From a virus, in the IMG/VR virus record IMGVR_UViG_3300005573_001595, positions 1-29,442 of that record: 29,442 nucleotides of DNA, one strand, 5' to 3'. Shown here one piece after another: positions 17,101 to 24,240 of the stretch. The number at the start of each line of letters is the position of its first letter. Position 1 is the first letter of the stretch. Under the pieces are notes generated by a model. The model searched no databases, was not told where the DNA came from, and saw nothing but the letters and a program-made list of their open reading frames with translations. The position numbers and the translations under genes are program-made.

Positions 17101-17620
17101 ACGGCGGAATGTAACCTAATTGCCAACCGCGTAGTTATCCACCCGAAATACCGCACCGTAGGCTTAGGCGCCAAACTCATCCGCGACACCCTACCGCTGG
17201 CAGGCACCCGATACGTCGAGCTGATAGCGGTTATGGCAAAGTATAGCCCCTTCGCTGAAAAGGCAGGAATGCAAAAAATAGCTCAACAGCAAACAGTTGA
17301 AGGAATATCTGCCGTTTCCAAAGTGCTTTTAGAGTTAGGGTTTGATGCACAACTCTTGGCCAGCGAACGATATGTTATGGCAAAGCTTGAGAGCCTGCAA
17401 CCAGAGCAGATTAAGGAACTCAAAGCAGCCTTCATTAAAAACAGCCATACACGGTTTAGGAGGGAATTTGCCGCTAGCCGCCATCAGCCCTTTGGGAAAG
17501 TGGTCGATTTATGTTAACTCTGTGCGCAGTGCCGAATTGCATGAATTGGGTAAACTAATAAAACTGGTAGGAATGCTTTCCCAAACAAAGGTTTACCTTT
17601 TTTGGTCAAACAGGGATTGA
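17101..17620 (+). pseudogene. 5'-truncated, frameshifted GNAT part of an archaeal ABC-ATPase/acetyltransferase (COG2401-like)
   Basis: Frame open after TAA 17098-17100, no start: NRVVIHPKYRTVGLGAKLIRDTLPLAGTRYVELIAVMAKYSPFAEKAGM. The C-terminus (YVNSV...QTKVYLFW) continues in another frame after ~17508. Confidence 0.75.
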
Positions 17621-17659
17621 GTAACACTTTATAGTTAATACCTTGCATAAAACTATACG

Positions 17660-18166
17660 ATGATAAACTGGCAATATTACCCTAAATCAAAAGCCATTCC
17701 GGCTCATCTTCTTCTCGTCACCCGAATTTTTAATCAACACGCTGAGGAAATAGACTCTGAGAAACATAACTTAGACAGCAATGGAGTCTTATCTATTCTT
17801 AGACAAAATTTGGTTGATAACCACTTTACAGTGGAAAGAGGCCAAAAAGTAGAAGATAAGATACCCGTTCCAGTGCTCTTTGGGCGAGAAGGTAGGCTTG
17901 AAAAATCCTTTCACGTAGATGCTTTCCACGTAGATACTGGAACAGTTCTTGAAGTAGAAGCCGGAAGAGCTGTGACAAACTATCAGTTCTTAAAAGACCT
18001 TTTTGAGGCTTGCATGATGCATAATGTCGATTACCTAGTTATTGCAGTACGAAAAATATACAGGACCTCACCGGATTTTGAGAGGGTGCTGACCCACTTT
18101 GATGCTCTTTATGCCAGTGGAAGGTTAACCTTGCCTTTAAAAGGAGTCCTTATAATCGGATATTAA
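17660..18166 (+). CDS. PD-(D/E)xK nuclease, BglII/BstYI-like
   Basis: FHVDAF...VLEVEAGRAVTNYQFLKDL fits the D...E-x-E/Q active-site pattern. Confidence 0.6.
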   Translation: MINWQYYPKSKAIPAHLLLVTRIFNQHAEEIDSEKHNLDSNGVLSILRQNLVDNHFTVERGQKVEDKIPVPVLFGREGRLEKSFHVDAFHVDTGTVLEVEAGRAVTNYQFLKDLFEACMMHNVDYLVIAVRKIYRTSPDFERVLTHFDALYASGRLTLPLKGVLIIGY

Positions 18167-18193
18167 GAAACACCAAAAATCTAAAATATTTTT

Positions 18194-18790
18194 TTGCCTT
18201 TCAAAGAGCAAATGAATTCAAGTGTTAACCGTTGCTGGAGTACGATAGATCCATTACATATTAGTTATCATGATAGAGAATGGGGGGTTCCTCTTCATGA
18301 TGATAACAAGCTTTTTGAATTTCTGGTACTAGGTGGCTTTCAAGCTGGTTTAACATGGTGGCTTATTCTCCAAAGGCGAGACGCCTTCAGGAAAGCTTTC
18401 GATTTCTTTAAACCCGACAAAGTAGCTAACTACTCAACCAAAGACATTGAGCGTTTAATGCTAACACCAGAAATCATACACAATAGAGCAAAGATTGAAG
18501 CAGCGATAAACAATGGCAAATGCTTCCTAAAAGTCCAAGAAGAATTCGGTACCTTCGACAAATTCGTTTGGGGGATTGTAGGGAATAAAGTTCAAACTAA
18601 CTCATTCTCTAAATTAGAGGAATTACCTTCAGAAACTGAGTCCTCAAGACATATGAGCAAAGAGCTTAAAAGAAGAGGCTTCCAGTTTGTAGGTCCGACA
18701 ATATGCTATGCATTCATGCAGGCTGTCGGTATGGTAAATGACCACATAACTAGCTGTTTTAGATATGAAGAATTAAAGCAAAGGTTATAG
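18194..18790 (+). CDS. tag: DNA-3-methyladenine glycosylase I family (variant)
   Basis: RCW...YHDREWGVP, FQAGLTW, IIHNRAKI, GFQFVGPTICYAFMQAVGMVNDHITSC. The conserved Glu of LEGxQAG is Gly. Alternative start ATG 18212. Confidence 0.92.
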   Translation: MPFKEQMNSSVNRCWSTIDPLHISYHDREWGVPLHDDNKLFEFLVLGGFQAGLTWWLILQRRDAFRKAFDFFKPDKVANYSTKDIERLMLTPEIIHNRAKIEAAINNGKCFLKVQEEFGTFDKFVWGIVGNKVQTNSFSKLEELPSETESSRHMSKELKRRGFQFVGPTICYAFMQAVGMVNDHITSCFRYEELKQRL

Positions 18791-19381
18791 CGCCAGTTTA
18801 TCCAGCTCTTGCTTTAAACGGCCAACTTCATTATCCGAATAAAGAAAGAAGTCACCAACTTTTTTGACCTTAGGATTGGACATATCGAGGATTATATCAA
18901 AATGTTTTCCCGTAAAATCATGTCTTTGATTCTTAATTTGTCTCCCTAATCGACCGCGGGATGTTCCGACATAGCTATGAATCATGAAAAGGCTTCCCTT
19001 ATACTTCACCATATGGTCAACTCCTGCCGCGACGTCGGTATCTCTGTCATAACTCACTTCAAAACCGCTCTCATGCAACAAGGCATTTAGGTGCAGATCA
19101 CGGACTAAAGAGGGATATGTTCTTCGAAGCCTTGCCTCCAAACCTAGTTTGCGCTCAGGAGTTACAATAGTTTCTCTGAGGTCTAACGCATTAAATTCAA
19201 AATACTTCTTTACAAACTCTTCTTGTGATGGAACACTACCAGTTTCTTGAACGAGAGCATAAAAGGTATCCACAAACATCGGCAGCTTAATTCTCCATTC
19301 GATTTCTGGGTCTCTGACTCCAATAAATGTTAACTTGTAATCTTTTATCTGGTTTTCAATCTCTTTTGATGAAAGGCTCAA
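18785..19381 (-). CDS. TaqI-like restriction endonuclease domain protein
   Basis: ARLRRTYPSLVRDLH...YDRDTDVAAGVDHMV resembles the TaqI-family core. Confidence 0.6.
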   Translation of the reverse strand: MSLSSKEIENQIKDYKLTFIGVRDPEIEWRIKLPMFVDTFYALVQETGSVPSQEEFVKKYFEFNALDLRETIVTPERKLGLEARLRRTYPSLVRDLHLNALLHESGFEVSYDRDTDVAAGVDHMVKYKGSLFMIHSYVGTSRGRLGRQIKNQRHDFTGKHFDIILDMSNPKVKKVGDFFLYSDNEVGRLKQELDKLAL

Positions 19382-19397
19382 ATTACACTTACCCCTT

Positions 19398-20660
19398 TCA
19401 TACTGACTGATTATTTGAAGTCTTAAAGGCTAAACCTGCATTGCTGTCCCCGAAAGATTCAATCTGGTACTCGACCACTTTTACATTGTTAGATGCGGGC
19501 AAATTTGCCCATGATTTTGCCCCAATTACATTTGCAGTAACTGATTTGCTCTCAGGAAATTGATGTTTAACAAGCTGGACGTATTTCTCAGTTTGCTCAA
19601 TGTCCTGTTTTTGCACAGCTTTATTTTTAATCTCCAATATCAGAAAATTTTCCTCTTTTTTGTCACATAATAATATGTCGATAGTTTCTTGGATATGCGG
19701 TGTCGGAACCATCTCTAAAATAATATTCCGAGAAATGTCTTCAAAAGAGCATTGCAAATCTGAATTGATTTGGGCAAACTGTTCGAAAACGGGATTATGA
19801 AAAACCGAACGGCGGTCCTTGAGCGCATGAATAATAAATGCATATATCTCAGCCTCAAAATCAAGAATATCATATTGACTATAGACGGAGAAATGCCTTC
19901 CTAAAAAGTTGTCATCTAAAAACGCAGCATCTGACGGTAAACTAGCTAAATTGTAATCACACGTTAGGGGCACAGTATTGGGTGTTGGTCTTTCTTTTCC
20001 CTTGGCCATTAAGTGTAAGAGAAATAGTGCATGTTTGTTTGTGATTGCGACAATAGATTTCTTTTGAGCAGCGCCAATATTCATTACAGCAGGATGTCGA
20101 AAGCCCCAGAGTCTAGGTTTAGACGGATTAATTTCAGACATCGCCTGGATTATTTCAAGATTATTGTTCTTCTTTCCTGATTTACTTCCGATGTCATTTA
20201 CTATCGAGACGGGGGTCGTAAGCAGATTATGGAACACGAATCTAAATGGGAGCTGTTGTTCTTGTGAATCTCTTTGCAATGGTGACATGTACGCCATGTC
20301 GCTAGGATGAAATATTAGCGGGCAGCCTTTTCCCGCTTGAAGTTGAAATACACCATGGAACTCCTGTGCGCCAGGTACATCACCTGCGGTTCTGTAAAAG
20401 AAAATTAAATCAGTAGAACCAATATTGTACAATGAAGCAATAGCTCTCCACCCAGAAACACCGATCTTTGTTAAAGTAATGCCGTCCGCTCCTGGAAAGC
20501 CATATAGCCCTTTCTTTATGGTTAAATCGAATAGCGAATTGTTTAGATAACAAATATGGCCTTGAGCTGATGAATCGGATTCAAATGATGCCTTGATACT
20601 TTCAATCGACATGGCATTAACTATAGTTATTGGAGTTTTATTGCTTTTGTGAATTAGCAT
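19398..20660 (-). CDS. PUA-superfamily (EVE/YTH-like) domain fused to a NucS/EndoMS-like PD-(D/E)xK nuclease
   Basis: N-terminal GLYG...WRAIASL..I..TDLIFFY...FHGVF...PFRF; C-terminal FEAEI...IDILL...ILEIK...DIEQTEKY. Alternative start 20612. Confidence 0.65.
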   Translation of the reverse strand: MLIHKSNKTPITIVNAMSIESIKASFESDSSAQGHICYLNNSLFDLTIKKGLYGFPGADGITLTKIGVSGWRAIASLYNIGSTDLIFFYRTAGDVPGAQEFHGVFQLQAGKGCPLIFHPSDMAYMSPLQRDSQEQQLPFRFVFHNLLTTPVSIVNDIGSKSGKKNNNLEIIQAMSEINPSKPRLWGFRHPAVMNIGAAQKKSIVAITNKHALFLLHLMAKGKERPTPNTVPLTCDYNLASLPSDAAFLDDNFLGRHFSVYSQYDILDFEAEIYAFIIHALKDRRSVFHNPVFEQFAQINSDLQCSFEDISRNIILEMVPTPHIQETIDILLCDKKEENFLILEIKNKAVQKQDIEQTEKYVQLVKHQFPESKSVTANVIGAKSWANLPASNNVKVVEYQIESFGDSNAGLAFKTSNNQSV

Positions 20661-20747
20661 TAAATATTAAACAGAATTTCACATGGTTCCATTGATAACG
20701 CTAATTAACAGCACACGGGCTATTACCCTAAAAATAAGGAAGCAGCT

Positions 20748-21959
20748 ATGATTAGACAACTATTGGACTTAAAAAGCCTATTACAGATTATAGACATATC
20801 AGAGCAGGCTTTTTGCAATTTACTCATTTCGGGTGTTATCCCCTACTACAAAGTCGGGGGGCAAAACAAGTATGATCCATCCGAAGTGGCACACGCCTTG
20901 CGGACAGTCAACCACGCCAATGTAGAGCGATTTAATTGTGGGAAGGTATATCGAGCCATAGACCTATTTGCAGGCGTGGGCGGAATCAGATTAGGTTTCG
21001 AGCAAGCGTTCCAAGAGCAAATAGAGTTTGTTTACTCCAATGATAACAACAAGTTTGCTGGTGTGACTTACAGGGAAAATTTCGGCGATATAGACATTGC
21101 AGACATCAACGAAGTTATCAAGGATATGTCAAGAATTCCTGAGCATGATATTCTTGTCGGAGGTTTCCCCTGTCAACCTTTTTCAATCGCTGGTGAACAA
21201 TTAGGGTTTGAGGATAAAACCCGTGGAACACTGTTTTATGCGATTGCCAAAATAATAAGCGCTAAACGTCCAACTGCGTTTTTACTTGAGAACGTTAAGC
21301 ATTTTCAGCATCACAATAAAGGACGGACATGGAAAACCGTAAAAGAGGTCCTTCAAAACGAGTTGGGCTACAAAACATACGATATCATTTTAAACGCAAA
21401 ATATTTCGGTGTTCCACAAAATAGACCTCGCTTTTATTGTGTAGGGTTCAGAGATAGAGACGCGATTTTTGAGTGGCCAAAAGAGGATGGACCCATAGTT
21501 AAGCTTAGAGATTTCTTAGAACACGACGTTGATGAGCGCTACTATGTAGGTCAACAATATTTTAACAGTCTTAAGAAACACAGAGCAAAACATGAAGCAT
21601 TGGGTCACGGGTTCGGTTACAGGATTCTTGATCCCAAGGGGATTGCTGGGACAATCGTTGTAGGCGGAATGGGTTTGGAGAGAAACCTCATCCAGAATAG
21701 TCCTCTGCCTAATTGCTGGAAGCCAGGGGATGATCCTCTGAAAAAGAAGAATTGCGAGGGCGTTCGCGTTCTAACTCCAAGAGAGTGCGCAAGGCTTCAA
21801 GGGTTCCCTGATTCCTTCAAGATACCCGTATCGGAAACACAAGCTTACAAACAATTCGCCAACTCGGTAGCGGTACCAGTGATAAGAGCGATTGCACAAA
21901 ATATGCTGCTAACACTTCAAGGCAAGGGTAACCAAAAGGCAATATCTGCCTTCACTTAA
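20748..21959 (+). CDS. C5-cytosine DNA methyltransferase (M.HpaII-like TRD) with N-terminal HTH
   Basis: DLFAGVGG, GGFPCQPFS, ENV, PQNRPR, LTPRECARLQGF, YKQFANSV. TRD HRAKHEALGHGFGY...IVVGGMGLERNL resembles M.HpaII as recalled. Confidence 0.95.
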   Translation: MIRQLLDLKSLLQIIDISEQAFCNLLISGVIPYYKVGGQNKYDPSEVAHALRTVNHANVERFNCGKVYRAIDLFAGVGGIRLGFEQAFQEQIEFVYSNDNNKFAGVTYRENFGDIDIADINEVIKDMSRIPEHDILVGGFPCQPFSIAGEQLGFEDKTRGTLFYAIAKIISAKRPTAFLLENVKHFQHHNKGRTWKTVKEVLQNELGYKTYDIILNAKYFGVPQNRPRFYCVGFRDRDAIFEWPKEDGPIVKLRDFLEHDVDERYYVGQQYFNSLKKHRAKHEALGHGFGYRILDPKGIAGTIVVGGMGLERNLIQNSPLPNCWKPGDDPLKKKNCEGVRVLTPRECARLQGFPDSFKIPVSETQAYKQFANSVAVPVIRAIAQNMLLTLQGKGNQKAISAFT

Positions 21960-22071
21960 CCAATTGAGACATTTTTTGCTAACTTGTCTGAGCTTGAAAC
22001 AGCCCTAAATTTCTTTCAACTGTTAGTATAAATACGCAAATCTTATAACACGTCGGATCCATTGAAATTCA

Positions 22072-22815
22072 GTGGCTCCCTTGCTTGCACCATCAAAAGG
22101 CAACGTCGGTGAAAATGACGAGATACTAATAACAAAAACCCTCTTGAAATTAAGAGGGAGATTTGTTCCATCATTGAATTTTATCATAGAAACTGTAGCG
22201 GATTATTCAGGGAGGATTCATAAAGACAATTCAGGCTTTATTACTAAAGCACCAGTTTCTTCGAAAAGAGATATTACCATTAATGGTAAAGGTTTCTCTT
22301 TGAAAAGTTCTCGTGCCGCACCCCCAGCGATTGTGAATCACACTACTAGGGAAAAATGGCTTAAGGTTTGCGACCGGCGTCAGATAACAATAGACTTGCT
22401 TGATGGAATGGTTTCAGAATACTGGAAACTTCGTATGGAAGGAAGAATAGGTGAAGACATTCATACGACCAGTAGTCTTTGCCCCTTCGGATGTACAAAA
22501 GAACATCAATTATATCTTAAGAAGTTAGTTGATTATTTTCTTTTTGACGGCACTGGTTCAGCCCTTTCCAACTATCCAGCGGATTACATTTTAGAGTTTA
22601 ACGATCCATTGAATCCTAACACTTGGCGAATTCTAGATCGAGATACTGCTTTCTTTGCTGAATGGCCCAAAATGGTTTTTAGTATTCGTTCAAAAAAAGG
22701 GATGCCGTCAAATTACCCAAACATTAACCCCGCTCAAAAAGCCCTCATGGAACCATGGGTACGCTTTATCGACGGAGACTATCGAGGGGCCCTTCATATC
22801 CGAGCTAAAAAATAA
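22072..22815 (+). CDS. Putative Type II restriction endonuclease, probable cognate of the MTase
   Basis: GENDE...SKRDITINGKGFSLKS fits E...D...S-x-K; lies directly downstream of the MTase. Confidence 0.65.
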   Translation: MAPLLAPSKGNVGENDEILITKTLLKLRGRFVPSLNFIIETVADYSGRIHKDNSGFITKAPVSSKRDITINGKGFSLKSSRAAPPAIVNHTTREKWLKVCDRRQITIDLLDGMVSEYWKLRMEGRIGEDIHTTSSLCPFGCTKEHQLYLKKLVDYFLFDGTGSALSNYPADYILEFNDPLNPNTWRILDRDTAFFAEWPKMVFSIRSKKGMPSNYPNINPAQKALMEPWVRFIDGDYRGALHIRAKK

Positions 22816-22820
22816 GAGGT

Positions 22821-23828
22821 ATGTTTATGGCAACCATAAGGGAACTTACGGATGTTTGGGCTGAAACTACGTGGAAAAAGCAACTAGTTGAGGTCAAAGC
22901 ATCTTCTGTAGCCAAAAGCAATCTCCGCAAAGCCCTTGCAAGGTTTGGGCTCTTAAAACAACCGATCACAGGGGAATCCGTCACTAACCTTCCCCGGACA
23001 GAAGAGGGTCAGTTCCCCAAAGGGCTGGGCATAAGCTATACAAAGGCTTTTGATTCAGCATATTCTAAGAACCCCAAAAGGCTGCCGATTGTATATTTGT
23101 TAAACCTCGTTGAGAGCTTTGACTTCAAAAATTATTCAGAGGAGCAGTTCAGGGGACTTCTTGCGAGGGGGTTGCGGACTTTTCCGTCTTTGCTGAGGGA
23201 TCGCGATTTCGCCGAGAACTTGAATTTGTTGCTACAAGCGAACGGTTCGGCAAAAAAAGGTTGGACGGCTGGCGTGGCGCCTGATGAGGATGTTGCGCAA
23301 CATACGGATGTACTTTTAAAATATAACGGGGCGGTTTTTCGCATTTGGCTATATCAATTCTCGTTTGTTGGCCTCCCTCATGATATTGAGCGTATTCTGG
23401 GCCGAAGAGGGGAGCTGCCGCCAGGAAACCACATATTGTGCCCGCTAGACACCAATTTAGCTAGAAGGTTAGAGACTCTTGAGAAAAGAGTGGTTAGGTT
23501 TAAGAGCCGGCTAAAGGACAAGCAGGCAAAGTTTGAGAGGTTCTCTAACAAGAAATGCAAGGGAGCTCTTGAGTGTGTTAAGGGATCAGAACAGTTAGAG
23601 AAGGAAATAGCTGCCGCTGAGCATGAAATAAATAATATTCAAAACAAGGAAATCATCATTCAAAACGGCTGGTACTTCTTTGCCGAGTCCAAAGTGGCGT
23701 CGGTACTTAAAATAGCGCATGAAGTCTCAGATAGCAAAACAAAACCTGACGACTATGGCATAGTCTGCAAGACGCTTCTCGGCCCCGAGGAATATCTGGG
23801 AAAGGTTCAAGTTTTCTCCAAACCCTAA
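22821..23828 (+). CDS. Second TaqI-like nuclease with coiled-coil insertion
   Basis: ARGLRTFPSLLRDRD...DEDVAQHTDVLLKYNG matches the motif in 18785-19381; coiled coil RRLETLEKR...EKEIAAAEHEI. Confidence 0.55.
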   Translation: MFMATIRELTDVWAETTWKKQLVEVKASSVAKSNLRKALARFGLLKQPITGESVTNLPRTEEGQFPKGLGISYTKAFDSAYSKNPKRLPIVYLLNLVESFDFKNYSEEQFRGLLARGLRTFPSLLRDRDFAENLNLLLQANGSAKKGWTAGVAPDEDVAQHTDVLLKYNGAVFRIWLYQFSFVGLPHDIERILGRRGELPPGNHILCPLDTNLARRLETLEKRVVRFKSRLKDKQAKFERFSNKKCKGALECVKGSEQLEKEIAAAEHEINNIQNKEIIIQNGWYFFAESKVASVLKIAHEVSDSKTKPDDYGIVCKTLLGPEEYLGKVQVFSKP

Positions 23829-24238
23829 TAACCGCTCATCTTTAGAGCTTCTCCAATGAGAACCTTGCATTTTTCGGGGTTCTTTAAGATGTCGCGCCCC
23901 CACAGTCGGATAACCGTCCACCCCTCCTTTTGTAGCTCTGCTGTTACTTCTCTGTCCCGTTGCATATTGCGCTCAATCTTTTTAATCCAAAACTCTTGGT
24001 TTGTTTTAAGTTCACTCTTTTTGTTTTCCCAGTCGTGTCCATGCCAAAATTCGCTATCAGCGAAAATCGCTATCTTTGCATCCAGATAGGCAAAATCGGG
24101 TTTGCCGTAAAGTTTGGGGTGCTTAACATAGACGGGGTTTATTTGGTTTAATAGCTCTTCGAGTTTGACTTCCAGCTTTGTCCCTTCGGATCGAATTCTG
24201 GACATGTTATAGCTGACAGTTTTTTTTGAGCGAACCAT
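23825..24238 (-). CDS. vsr: Very short patch repair endonuclease
   Basis: MSRIRS..TKLE, GKPDF, FADSEFWHGH, FWIKKIERNMQRD, GWTVIRLW. Confidence 0.95.
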   Translation of the reverse strand: MVRSKKTVSYNMSRIRSEGTKLEVKLEELLNQINPVYVKHPKLYGKPDFAYLDAKIAIFADSEFWHGHDWENKKSELKTNQEFWIKKIERNMQRDREVTAELQKEGWTVIRLWGRDILKNPEKCKVLIGEALKMSGY

Positions 24239-24240
24239 TC

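Noticed and set aside
17233-17620. Two independent genes (17233-17517 and 17342-17620)
   Set aside because: Better explained as pieces of one truncated, frameshifted GNAT pseudogene.
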